From positions 6,507 through 70,506 of the forward strand of contig CAZPBN010000004.1 of NCBI GenBank assembly GCA_964584935.1: 64,000 nucleotides of DNA, given 5' to 3'. A program made the translations under genes and the position numbers. The notes beneath the pieces were generated by a model. It saw nothing but the letters and a program-made list of their open reading frames with translations, ran no database searches and was not told the origin of the DNA. The stretch comes from an uncultured Eubacteriales bacterium. Lineage in GTDB: Bacteria; Acidobacteriota; Aminicenantia; Aminicenantales; Aminicenantaceae. Below, in pieces: positions 1-9,904 of this stretch (its first letter is position 1; the number at the start of each line of letters is the position of its first letter).

Positions 1-104
1 GAACTGTATTTGATGGAATAACATCCATAGGCAATCAATGAGATCAAAAACAAAAGGATATATTTTCGAATAAAGCCAAGTTTCTTATGATTATTTCTTC
101 TCAT
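1..104 (-). CDS. hypothetical secreted protein or lipoprotein, 5' fragment (gene runs off the window start)
   Basis: Minus-strand ATG at 104..102 opens MRRNNHKKLGFIRKYILLFLISLIAYGCYSIKYS..., which has a basic N-region and hydrophobic core like a signal peptide. The frame stays open to position 1. It is absent from the supplied ORF track because it is truncated. Confidence 0.25.
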   Translation of the reverse strand, partial: MRRNNHKKLGFIRKYILLFLISLIAYGCYSIKYS

Positions 105-431
105 AGAGTCATATCCTTTGTTTCAATATAATAACCGCACACTAACGAGATTGCAAAAAAAAATTCATAGGACATCAATGATCTTTTACTTGCTCCCAAT
201 CCGTTTCAAATCTCATCTCTTTCGACATCCATCATTTTTCTCCATTTGTTCATTCCTATTCGTGGAGTTCTTCTTCTATTTCTCTTAAAAATTCTGATTT
301 TTAATTCATAATTAAAATTCCAATTTATTATTTATTGTCTCGTCTCATTTTTTTCTCTTTCTGTAAATCTGTGAAAGCCTCCGAATAATTGCTTGCTTAT
401 TGTGTTATAATAAATATGCCTAGAAAATAAA

Positions 432-3400
432 ATGTCCATGAGAAGGCTTCCCCACTCTTTACTGAGATTAAGATTCCATAATAGAATTTTCACCTTATTA
501 TTGATCTTACTTTTCTTTTGTATTTGTTACTCCAATACTTATTCTCAATACTTCGGACGCAATAAAGTTCAATATAAACAATTTGATTTTAACATTCTAA
601 AAACAAAGCATTTTGATATCTATTTTTATCCTAAAGAACAGGAAGCCGCAAAACAGGCGGCTTTCCTTGCTGAGCGCTGGTATGCCCGCTTCTCCAGGAT
701 TCTCAATCACACCTTTAACCAACGTCAGCCGCTCATCATTTATGCCAGCCAGCCTCATTTCAGACAGACAACCACAATCCCAGGCATTATGGGAGAAGGA
801 ACTGGGGGAGTGACAGAATTTTTAAAAAGAAGGATCGTCATCCCCATGGGAGCCTCACTTGCCCAAACCGACCATGTTATTGGCCACGAGTTAGTTCATG
901 CTTTTCAATATGACATTTCCATGCAAGACAGATCAAAATTTGCGATTGCCACATCCCCTTTATTCAGACTCCCTCTCTGGTTTATTGAAGGAATGGCAGA
1001 ATACTTATCCATTGGCCCGACTGATTCTCATACTTCTATGTGGATGCGGGATGCCTGGTACAGGAAAAGAGTTCCAAACATAAAAAAACTCAACAATTCA
1101 TCCAAATATTTCCCCTACCGTTATGGTCAATCCCTATGGGCATACATCACCGGAACTTGGGGAGATAAGGCTGTAGGAACCATTATGAAATCTGCATGCC
1201 AAACAGGAGACTATAAAACTGCTTTTCAAAAGATCACCGATATTCCTTTAGAGGCTATATCTGAAAAATGGATAAGATCAATGGAAAAAGCTTATAAGCC
1301 TTTGACTCAATCCACTCATGTCTCCATTGACTCAAAACATCTCGTGATCAAGGGGGATAAAGATAAGAAACTCAATATTTCTCCCTCTCTTTCTCCAGAT
1401 GGGAAAAGTTTAATCTTTCTATCCACAAGAGACTGGTTCTCAGTTGATATGTATTTGGCAGATGCCGTTAAGGGAACAATAAAAAAAAGACTGACCCGAA
1501 CAGATGTGAATCCTGAATTTGAAAGCTTGCAGTTTATTAAATCATCAGGATCCTGGAATACTCAAGGTGACCGATTTGTATTTGGAGCCATAAAAAAAGG
1601 CAAGCCCGTTCTTTCTTTTATCAATATTGAAAACGGCACCATAACAAAAGAAGTTATGCTCAAAGAGCTGGAAGAAATTTTAAATCCCTCCTGGTCGCCG
1701 TGCGGAAGATATATTGCCTTCTCCGCAATGATCGGAGGATTTTCAGATATTTTTATCTATGACCTTGAAAAAGAAGCCCTCAAACAGATAACCAATGATC
1801 CTTTCGCTGACCTCAGTCCAGCCTGGTCACCAGACGGTCAATATATTGCATTTGTCTCTGATAGATTTACTTCTGATATGTCCCACTTTAATCCCGGAAA
1901 TTACCAAATCTCTCTTTTAGAAACTCGCTCAAAAAAGATTAAAAGAGTTCCTGGAATTCCTGTTGCCAATAACACAAATCCTCAATGGTCTTCCGACTCA
2001 AAAAGTCTGTATTTTATCTCTGATCTGAATGGCATCACCAATATATACAGGATAAAATTATTCCAATACAAACTGTATCAAATCACAAATCTTTTCACCG
2101 GTATCAGCAGCATCACCTCATTAAGCCCTGCCCTTTCCCTGTCATCCAAAAGCAGCCATCTTGTTTACTGCACATTTGAAGATGGATATTACAATATTTA
2201 TTCTATAGATAATCCTGAAAAAATATCTGGCTGTGAAAAAATAATTCTATTCGATGACATTAAACCTTCTATTCTTCCTCCCAGACAAAAAGCAGAAGGG
2301 AATCTATCCGAACTTCTAAAAAATCCACTATTCGGACTTCCTGAGGAAGCATCATTTGAAATAAATGATTACAAGCCAAAATTAAAGCTCGATTACATGA
2401 CCCCTCCTCAAATTGCCATAGGTGTTGACAGTTTTGGTACTTATGCCGGGGGTGGAACAGCCTTATTCTGGAGTGATATGATGGGGTACCACAATCTCGT
2501 CACTATGATTCAAGCAAGTGGCCGCCTTCCTGACACGGCAGCTCTCATCGGGTATCAAAACAGCCAGTCCCGTTGGAACTGGGGGGCAATTGCCCAGAGA
2601 ATTCCCTATCTCATGGGAGGTTACGCGCTCTATTTTGATGAAAGGGAAGAAGAATCTGTCTATGTGGAAGAAGAATACATTTACCGGCAAAGCAACAATC
2701 AGCTTACTTTATTTGCTTCCTATCCCTTTAGCCAGGTCAAGCGTATTGAATTTTCAACAGGTTACTCATATATCAATTTCACCCGGGAAATCCGGAGAAA
2801 TATCTATTCTCTGGACGGGTATCTAATGGATAAAGAAAAAGAAAAATTGCCTTCAGCCCAAAGTCTTCATTTAGGCTCTCTCAGTATCGCTTTTGTCCAT
2901 GACAGCTCCATTCCCGGAGCCACAAGCCCGCTAATCGGGCAAAGCTACCGGCTTGAATATTCTCCGACCATAGGATCGATTTCTTTACAGACCATACTTG
3001 CCGACTATCGCAAGTATATCGTTCCCATTAGCCCCTTTACAGTTGCCTTTCGCTTTCTCCACTATGGACGGTATGGAAAAAATTCTGAAGATGAGAGGCT
3101 GTGGCCCCTTTTCCTTGGTTATGAAACATTCATCAGGGGATACAATTATCAGTCATTCGATTCCGAAGAACTGAATGAAGGTGAGGGCTATTTTGATTTT
3201 GACCGTCTTATAGGAAGCAGAATCCTTGTTGCCAACTTTGAAATCCGCTTTCCTGTTTTTCGATTACTGGGTCTAGGAAGAGGGTACTACGGCAGCTATC
3301 CCTTAGAATTCATCACTTTTTTTGATACCGGTCTAGCCTGGGACGCAGAACACAAGCCCTGGTTTTCCGGAGGAAACCGCAAACCTCTTTCCAGTGCTGG

Positions 3401-3518
3401 CATCGGCCTCCGAACCAATCTATTGGGATACATGGTCCTGGGTCTCAATCTTGTGAAGCCGTTCGACAGGCCTAACAAAGGCTGGTATCTTCAACTGAGC
3501 TTATGGCCGGGATTCTGA
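432..3518 (+). CDS. Omp85-family outer-membrane beta-barrel protein fused to an MA-clan zinc metallopeptidase-like domain and PD40 (TolB-like) beta-propeller repeats
   Basis: N-terminal signal-like segment. HExxH motif (VIGHELVHAF) with a downstream EGMAEY glutamate. Several PD40-type repeats (SPSLSPDGKSLIF, SPAWSPDGQYIAF, NPQWSSDSKSLYF). The C-terminal ~370 aa align to the BamA encoded in this same window, including the loop-6 FIRGY (VRGY-type) motif, FITFFDTG versus FVFFYDRG, GIGLRTNL versus LGMEVRIF, and a terminal aromatic (...LWPGF). Confidence 0.85.
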   Translation: MSMRRLPHSLLRLRFHNRIFTLLLILLFFCICYSNTYSQYFGRNKVQYKQFDFNILKTKHFDIYFYPKEQEAAKQAAFLAERWYARFSRILNHTFNQRQPLIIYASQPHFRQTTTIPGIMGEGTGGVTEFLKRRIVIPMGASLAQTDHVIGHELVHAFQYDISMQDRSKFAIATSPLFRLPLWFIEGMAEYLSIGPTDSHTSMWMRDAWYRKRVPNIKKLNNSSKYFPYRYGQSLWAYITGTWGDKAVGTIMKSACQTGDYKTAFQKITDIPLEAISEKWIRSMEKAYKPLTQSTHVSIDSKHLVIKGDKDKKLNISPSLSPDGKSLIFLSTRDWFSVDMYLADAVKGTIKKRLTRTDVNPEFESLQFIKSSGSWNTQGDRFVFGAIKKGKPVLSFINIENGTITKEVMLKELEEILNPSWSPCGRYIAFSAMIGGFSDIFIYDLEKEALKQITNDPFADLSPAWSPDGQYIAFVSDRFTSDMSHFNPGNYQISLLETRSKKIKRVPGIPVANNTNPQWSSDSKSLYFISDLNGITNIYRIKLFQYKLYQITNLFTGISSITSLSPALSLSSKSSHLVYCTFEDGYYNIYSIDNPEKISGCEKIILFDDIKPSILPPRQKAEGNLSELLKNPLFGLPEEASFEINDYKPKLKLDYMTPPQIAIGVDSFGTYAGGGTALFWSDMMGYHNLVTMIQASGRLPDTAALIGYQNSQSRWNWGAIAQRIPYLMGGYALYFDEREEESVYVEEEYIYRQSNNQLTLFASYPFSQVKRIEFSTGYSYINFTREIRRNIYSLDGYLMDKEKEKLPSAQSLHLGSLSIAFVHDSSIPGATSPLIGQSYRLEYSPTIGSISLQTILADYRKYIVPISPFTVAFRFLHYGRYGKNSEDERLWPLFLGYETFIRGYNYQSFDSEELNEGEGYFDFDRLIGSRILVANFEIRFPVFRLLGLGRGYYGSYPLEFITFFDTGLAWDAEHKPWFSGGNRKPLSSAGIGLRTNLLGYMVLGLNLVKPFDRPNKGWYLQLSLWPGF

Positions 3519-3743
3519 ATTTATTAAAGTTACAATAGAATCATTCCCCTTTCGAGAAACTAAAAATCTAAAAACCAAAGATAACAATTTTCTATAAAAA
3601 TTCACTTTTCTACGAACTCCAGATTTTTCAACCATTTCCAAACAAGAATTGATCCGCAAACGCATTGCACTCTTATTTCATATTTTACAAATTTAATCTT
3701 ATAGTGAATAATATAAACAATTGAGGTTTTAATTTAAAAGCCC

Positions 3744-5105
3744 ATGAAACAAAATAAAAGTGATAAAATATTTAAAGAAATAAAGTTCCGCCCAGCTCAA
3801 CTTGTGGCGTTAAGTTTTATCATTACTATATTAATTGGAACCATTCTACTGTGTATGCCATTCAGTACGGCATCTGATGGTATTTCATTCATTGACGCTC
3901 TTTTTACATCCACCTCAGCAGTCTGTGTGACAGGACTTATTGTCAGAGACACTGGCACGTGTTTTTCTTCTTTTGGGCAGATTATTATAATGATTCTGTT
4001 TCAAATTGGAGGTCTTGGGATTATGACCTTTTCCACTCTTATTCTTCTGGTAGCAGGAAAGAGGGTAGGGATAAAAGAAAGCATCACTCTCAAAGAAAAT
4101 TTTCTTTATACTTCTTCTTTAAGAATCCAATCCTTGATTAAAAATATTTTTCTTTACACCGTATTTTTAGAACTGTTAGGATCTCTGTTTTTTTATTTAA
4201 GATTCAACCATAAGTTACCGGAGGAAAAAGCTGTTTTTCATTCCCTATTTCACTCCATTTCTGCATTTTGTAATGCAGGATTTTGCCTTTATAAAGACAG
4301 TTTTGAGTCATTCCGAGGAGATATCTGGATTAACATCAATCTTATTGTCTTAATCATCCTCGGAGGTGCTGGATTTATCGTATTAAAAGAAACATCATAT
4401 TCTTTTGTCAGTATTTTTAAAAAAAGAAAGATTCGACTTTCTTTACATACAAAATTAGTATTAAGAATGACATTAGTTTTACTTCTATCTTCTTCTATTT
4501 TGTTTTTTATTCTGGAATATAACCACTCTTTGAACAATTTTTCATTCAAAGAAAAGATACTTTCTTCTATCTTTCAGGTTGTTACTCCCAGAACAGCAGG
4601 TTTCAATACCATGGATTTAAATGCTCTCAGTTATGGAATGGTGTTTGTTTTAATTGTGTTGATGTTTATAGGAGCTTCTCCAGGCTCAACAGGGGGAGGA
4701 ATTAAAACCAGCACTATAGGAACAGCTATCGCTTTTTTAAAGGCAAGGATTTTAGGAAGGGAATCGGTCAGTCTATGTCATCGGACCATTCCAAATAAAT
4801 TGATCACAAAGGCTTTTACTGCCATTGCTCTTGGAATTTGTGTGATATGCACTTCGGCTTTTATTCTTCTTATAAGCCAGCACGGAGTGAATATGAAGGA
4901 TGCGTTTTATGAAGTCTTCTCTGCATTTAGCACGGTGGGGCTTTCTCTTGGCTTAACACAGAAATTGAATGATATAGGAAAGATTGTGATAATTCTGACT
5001 ATGTATATTGGAAGGATTGGACCTTTGACTTTTATTTATGCTTTCAGCAAAGAAAGGTTCGAAGAAAGATATAAATATGCTGAAGAATCAATTATGATTG
5101 GATAA
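3744..5105 (+). CDS. trkH: TrkH/KtrB-family potassium uptake permease
   Basis: Polytopic membrane protein with repeated pore-loop signatures (QIGGLGIMT, GASPGSTGGGIKTSTIG) typical of TrkH/KtrB. The trkA-like gene lies immediately downstream. Confidence 0.9.
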   Translation: MKQNKSDKIFKEIKFRPAQLVALSFIITILIGTILLCMPFSTASDGISFIDALFTSTSAVCVTGLIVRDTGTCFSSFGQIIIMILFQIGGLGIMTFSTLILLVAGKRVGIKESITLKENFLYTSSLRIQSLIKNIFLYTVFLELLGSLFFYLRFNHKLPEEKAVFHSLFHSISAFCNAGFCLYKDSFESFRGDIWININLIVLIILGGAGFIVLKETSYSFVSIFKKRKIRLSLHTKLVLRMTLVLLLSSSILFFILEYNHSLNNFSFKEKILSSIFQVVTPRTAGFNTMDLNALSYGMVFVLIVLMFIGASPGSTGGGIKTSTIGTAIAFLKARILGRESVSLCHRTIPNKLITKAFTAIALGICVICTSAFILLISQHGVNMKDAFYEVFSAFSTVGLSLGLTQKLNDIGKIVIILTMYIGRIGPLTFIYAFSKERFEERYKYAEESIMIG

Positions 5106-5128
5106 GAATTTAAAGAGGAGTTTCTAAT

Positions 5129-5776
5129 ATGAAATATGGAGTTATTGGCTTGGGAAGTTTTGGTTTTTACATCGCCAAAACTTTATTTGAAATGGGAGAA
5201 GAGGTTTTAGCTATTGATAATGACAAAGAAAGAGTGGATATGGTTAAAAATTTCTCTTCTCGTGCTGTCCATATGGAGGCTGCTAATAAAGAAAATCTGA
5301 AGGCTGTTGGGATTCAAGAAATGAATGTCGTCATAGTGAGTTTAGGCCCTAATTTGGAAGGTTCCATCCTTACAGTTCATTATCTTTCTAAATTGAATAT
5401 AGAATGGATCATAGCCAAAGCTCTCTCTGAAGACCATGTCAAAATTCTGGAAGCAGTTGGAGCATCGGATGTTATTTACCCAGAAAGGGATATGGCTATT
5501 AAAACAGGCATGAAATTAAGCAATCCTAATGTACTTGATTTTTTGCCATTATCCCCAGGAATTGAGATAAGGGAAATCGCTCCTCCTGAAAAATTTATGG
5601 GGAAAAGCCTAAAAGAATTGGATTTGATAAATAGATACGAAACCCAGGTCATTGCGATCAAAGGTTTGGTTCCAGAAAAAACCACTCTGATACCCAAAGC
5701 TGATTTTGTAATAAAAGACAGTGATATTTTGGTTGTTATTGGACCAAAAAAGCAATTGGATAAAATCTGCTCATAA
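5129..5776 (+). CDS. trkA: TrkA/KtrA potassium uptake regulatory subunit (RCK N and C domains)
   Basis: N-terminal Rossmann GxGxxG (VIGLGSFGFYIAKTL) followed by an RCK-C region. Strong RBS AAAGAGGAG upstream. Paired with trkH. Confidence 0.9.
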   Translation: MKYGVIGLGSFGFYIAKTLFEMGEEVLAIDNDKERVDMVKNFSSRAVHMEAANKENLKAVGIQEMNVVIVSLGPNLEGSILTVHYLSKLNIEWIIAKALSEDHVKILEAVGASDVIYPERDMAIKTGMKLSNPNVLDFLPLSPGIEIREIAPPEKFMGKSLKELDLINRYETQVIAIKGLVPEKTTLIPKADFVIKDSDILVVIGPKKQLDKICS

Positions 5777-5873
5777 TAAAAACCGGTCCAATATTTTAGG
5801 GTAATATGCATTGCAAAAGCCGAGCTTTGTTAGCGGAGTCCATAGGGCACACAAATTTAATCATTCTCCTAAA

Positions 5874-6836
5874 TTATTGAAATAAAATCCACCAAAGAAA
5901 ATTCACCAGAGCGTGAGTGATGGCTGAGGCAGTGAATTTTTTTGTTCGCATCCAAACCCAACCATAGCTTAATCCAGCTAAACCAGCCATAAGCGCATAA
6001 GCCCAGTTGGGCACTGAAAATCCCATGGTTGCATTATTGATATGGGACAATCCAAAAATCACTGCTGCCAAAACCAATCCTGAATAAACATTCTTTAAAC
6101 GCCGGATTAACAGATTCTGGATCACCCCCCGAAACAGCATTTCTTCGATTAAAGCGATAAAAAAATATCCAAATAACAAGACAGAAACCATCTGTAGAAA
6201 AGGAGGTGCCTTGGGAGCAAACCGGAGAAATCCCAGCCCTATGCCTAAGGGAACGCTAACAAAAGCATAGGCTAATAGACCGAGCAGCACATTTTTTAAA
6301 TCTTTAAAGTCCAGGCGAAATGTAAAGTTAAAACCATCCAAAGGATGATGAACAGCAAACAAATAAAGAGTTAGAGATACACCTGTTAACATGCCCACAG
6401 GCAGTGATAAACCCGGCGCAAGTTCTGCGTTAACCGAAGGCAGCAAATGAACACCAGAGAGCCAGGTATTCCATTTGACAAAGGGGAAAACCAGATTCAG
6501 GAGCAGCACAAACAAATCAAATTCCATAGGTATCCAGACGGACAAGATTGCCAGAATATGATAGATATCAAAAGGTCGGTTTTTTGAAGGACGCAAACGC
6601 AGCCAGATGGTGGGGAGAGCCAAGCAAACCGCAAATCGCAGCAATTCTTCTAGGTCAAGCTGCATCCTTACCGTTAACAAATAAGGCAGCAAAAAGATTC
6701 CCACCGACCAATCTCCCAGCCGTTTACTGATTGATGTGAACAGAGAACGCCAGACAGGGAGGGCAAATCCCAAATAAAATCCCAGCAGGATAATCCAAGC
6801 CACAATGTTATCGATCATATCCGTGTTATTCTCCAC
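5874..6836 (-). CDS. CPBP-family (CAAX) intramembrane metalloprotease
   Basis: Multi-TM protein with the CPBP motifs EExxxR (IEEMLFRGV) and FxxxH (FGLSH) plus a downstream conserved His (ITHALVNF). Confidence 0.8.
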   Translation of the reverse strand: MENNTDMIDNIVAWIILLGFYLGFALPVWRSLFTSISKRLGDWSVGIFLLPYLLTVRMQLDLEELLRFAVCLALPTIWLRLRPSKNRPFDIYHILAILSVWIPMEFDLFVLLLNLVFPFVKWNTWLSGVHLLPSVNAELAPGLSLPVGMLTGVSLTLYLFAVHHPLDGFNFTFRLDFKDLKNVLLGLLAYAFVSVPLGIGLGFLRFAPKAPPFLQMVSVLLFGYFFIALIEEMLFRGVIQNLLIRRLKNVYSGLVLAAVIFGLSHINNATMGFSVPNWAYALMAGLAGLSYGWVWMRTKKFTASAITHALVNFLWWILFQ

Positions 6837-7038
6837 TTCACCTTATAAGCCTGCCCTGAGGAATGGCGGATTGGTTTGCATGGAGGGTGAAAATCGGTAA
6901 AAGGGAAGGAATTCGTTTTTTGTCTTCCAAAATGACTTCTCATTTTTACTTTACCCGGGCTTTCTCAACATTATCACCAAAAAGATTATAAGAAGGAACT
7001 CACCCTGTCAATTAAAAACCACTGAACGACCACCGGTA

Positions 7039-7350
7039 CTATAAAAATTGGGGAAAGGAACAATTGAACAGTTTTATGGATCCCGTTCCATCTTTTCTCA
7101 CTTCTCCTCTCAGATAACACACCGGAGGAGAACCAAAAGTCAAACATTTCTCTTCCCCCACTCCTTCCAGCAATCCTGTTTCATCTTCAAAAAGATAAAA
7201 ATATTTCCGCCCGCTGTTGACAAGTTTCTGCCGGGCATCCACCACTCTCACCAGAAGCTCCACCCGGCTTCCCACAAGTGTTCTGAGATTCTTTATCCGT
7301 AGAGACGGTCTTTTTTTCATACAAAGAAAGAGAATCGCCTTCGGGTTCAA
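7039..7350 (-). other. dnaE2: C-terminal OB-fold segment of dnaE2 in a different frame (frameshift at or near the A7 tract 7311..7317)
   Basis: The 103-aa ORF overlaps the end of the 887-aa ORF. It encodes VGSRVELLVRVVDARQKLVNSGRKYFYLFEDETGLLEGV, the OB-fold motif found at DnaE C-termini. Both frames span the same homopolymer. Confidence 0.6.
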
Positions 7351-9850
7351 AGCCTAAAGATTCCACAAGCATTGTCCTTTTCTGATTCTGATCCAGATCA
7401 GAAATCTCACCCATTTTCTTGAGTCCTCTGAAATAATGGAGAATCTGCCGGGTTCTTCGAGGCTCCAGAAAATCCAGAACCCCAGCCTTGATCAGCGATA
7501 AAAGTTCTGTTTTCGTCAGGGAAACCCGGGAGATAAAATCGTCCACAGAAAGATAAACACCGTTTTCTTTCTCTTTTATTATTCGGTCTATGAATTTTAT
7601 CCCAACCCCCTTGATAGAATGGAGGCCCACCCTGATATTTCCTCCTTCCACTTCAAAACCATAACCGCTCCGGTTTAAATCCGGCTTTAAGATTTTTATT
7701 CCCATTCTCTTGGCTTCTTCAATATATTCAGCCAATCCATAGTAACCACCCCCCGCGTTCAGCACAGCTCCAAGATAAACCACCGGATAATGCACTTTCA
7801 AATAGACTGCTTGATAAGCCATGTTGGCATAAGAAGCACTATGGGCTTTGTTAAAAGAGTAGGATGAAAATTCCTCCATTATTTTCCATAATTTTTTTAT
7901 CTCTCCCAGGGTATAACCTCTTTCTTTTGCCTCCGCAAAAAAATGATTTTTGAGCTTTGGCTTTACTTTTTTTTTCTTTAAGGCACGGCGGAGACAGTCT
8001 CCTTTCTCCGGAAGCATGCCTGCAACGCGTTCCGCAATTTGCATAACCTGTTCTTCATAGAGAAGAATACCATCCGTTTCTGGAATGACTTTGGCCATAA
8101 AAGAATCCTTGAATGCAGGCTTTCCTTCCCTGCTGCGCAGGAGAGCTTCTTTCATCCCGCTTCGGGTCGGACCCGGCCGGATAAGCGCCAATGCCTGAGT
8201 GAGTTCATAAATGTTTTTTGGCCTCATTCGCCGCAGCAGATTCATCATTGCCGGACTTTCCACCTGGAAACAGCCTATAGTCCGGCCCTTTTTCAACCTT
8301 TCGTAGGTCTCATCATCCTCAAGGGGAATATTTCTGAGTTTTAATACCTTTTTTGTTTCAGACAGGGCTGCCAATCCTCTAACCGAAAGCAGATCCAGCT
8401 TTATCAGCTTCAGATCCTCTACGGCATCCCGGTCGTATTGAGACATTCGATAACCTTTAGCTGACTTCTCGGTGGGCAGATAACGGGCTAAAGGATCAGG
8501 AGTGAGAATAATCCCTCCCACATGCAATGACTTCTCACTGTAAACAGAATCGAGCAAGGAAGCCATTTTCCATACTTTGGCATAGCCGGGAGGAGAAACA
8601 TTCTCTTTCAGAAAAACAGGCTCGGCAAACAGCGGAATTCGCTTGCTTAAAGTTCTTGCCTCCTCCGGGGAAATACCAAAAGCCCTTGCTGTCTCATACA
8701 AGGCGGAGCGGGCACGGAAATTTTTAAGACTGCACACAAAGGCAGCCCCTGTCTTTCCTTTGCTGTATTTTTTCAAAACATAGGAAATCATTTCATCCCT
8801 CCGCCGGGAATCAAAATCCAGGTCTATATCCGGAGGATCAGCCCTCCCCCTGTTAAGGAATCGTTCAAAGCACAGATCATAAACAACAGGATTGATATGA
8901 GAAATTCCAAGAAGATAAGCCAGAAAAGAAGAAGCTCCGGAGCCTTTGAGATTATGAAGAACTCCACGGCACCGGGCATACCGGACCACATCATGGACAA
9001 TCAGGAAATAGGGGGCAAATCCCGATTGCTCAATAACTTCGAGCTCCATCCTCGCCCGCTGCCTTTCTCTCCAGCTCAAATCTTTTCTGACCTTCAATTC
9101 TCTCCTAGCCAGATCCCTCAAGCTGGTTGAGAAAAGACCCTGAGGAAGAGGCAATATAATATGTTCAAAGGGAAAGCGGCATTTATCCGCTATTTCAAAC
9201 GTCTTCTTAAAAAGTTTTTTCACTTCTGAGCCAAATTGGGCAACAGCCCGACTTTCCTGCGCTGGACCAAACAATTCCACTCTATTCTTTAACTTTTGCC
9301 ACTCAGGCGGGAAAGGAATTTTTTTCTGAATCGAATGAAGAAGAATCAACCGTTCAGGGCTTTGTATGTATTTCAAGGGATTTGTCCATACAACCGGGAG
9401 ATTTTCTTTTTTTGCCAAACCCACCGCTCTTTTCAAATTAAAAAAGTCTCCCCCAATGTACAAATCTTCCTTCTGTGAAAAACAAATATTGTCCCCTGAT
9501 TCTTTATCCGAAGAATCAGGGATGAAAACCGTTACCAATCCTTCTGTTTTTTCTATTTTTCGTTGGTTTAGAATCTCCATCAAGTTCCAGTAACCTTTTC
9601 TGTTCTTCACCAAAAACAACAGGCTCTTTCCTTGGAGCTTTATCTCACAACCAAAGACAGGATTAAAACCGCTGTCAAGAGCGATTTTCTTCCACTCGTT
9701 CCAACCGTAGATGTTTTCTATGTCTGTCAGAGCCGCTGCAGCAAGTCTGCATTGTGAAACCCATGAAGCCAGCTCCTGTAAAGTGGTCCCTCCTTTTCCT
9801 TTGCTGTAGGTGGAATGCACTCGAAGAGGAATGAACATCATTGACTCCAA
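7187..9850 (-). CDS. dnaE2: error-prone DNA polymerase III alpha-like (DnaE2/ImuC), main reading frame; interrupted near the 3' end
   Basis: N-terminal PHP domain (LRVHSTYS...) and polymerase core. Shorter than a replicative DnaE. It sits downstream of lexA and a Y-family polymerase in the same orientation. The frame ends 40 codons after an A7 tract at 7311..7317. Confidence 0.8.
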   Translation of the reverse strand: MESMMFIPLRVHSTYSKGKGGTTLQELASWVSQCRLAAAALTDIENIYGWNEWKKIALDSGFNPVFGCEIKLQGKSLLFLVKNRKGYWNLMEILNQRKIEKTEGLVTVFIPDSSDKESGDNICFSQKEDLYIGGDFFNLKRAVGLAKKENLPVVWTNPLKYIQSPERLILLHSIQKKIPFPPEWQKLKNRVELFGPAQESRAVAQFGSEVKKLFKKTFEIADKCRFPFEHIILPLPQGLFSTSLRDLARRELKVRKDLSWRERQRARMELEVIEQSGFAPYFLIVHDVVRYARCRGVLHNLKGSGASSFLAYLLGISHINPVVYDLCFERFLNRGRADPPDIDLDFDSRRRDEMISYVLKKYSKGKTGAAFVCSLKNFRARSALYETARAFGISPEEARTLSKRIPLFAEPVFLKENVSPPGYAKVWKMASLLDSVYSEKSLHVGGIILTPDPLARYLPTEKSAKGYRMSQYDRDAVEDLKLIKLDLLSVRGLAALSETKKVLKLRNIPLEDDETYERLKKGRTIGCFQVESPAMMNLLRRMRPKNIYELTQALALIRPGPTRSGMKEALLRSREGKPAFKDSFMAKVIPETDGILLYEEQVMQIAERVAGMLPEKGDCLRRALKKKKVKPKLKNHFFAEAKERGYTLGEIKKLWKIMEEFSSYSFNKAHSASYANMAYQAVYLKVHYPVVYLGAVLNAGGGYYGLAEYIEEAKRMGIKILKPDLNRSGYGFEVEGGNIRVGLHSIKGVGIKFIDRIIKEKENGVYLSVDDFISRVSLTKTELLSLIKAGVLDFLEPRRTRQILHYFRGLKKMGEISDLDQNQKRTMLVESLGFEPEGDSLSLYEKKTVSTDKESQNTCGKPGGASGESGGCPAETCQQRAEIFLSF

Positions 9851-9904
9851 TCTAATTCAAACAGTTCTAATGATTGCGCCGACAGGTTTTTTGCCAGTGA
9901 ATCT

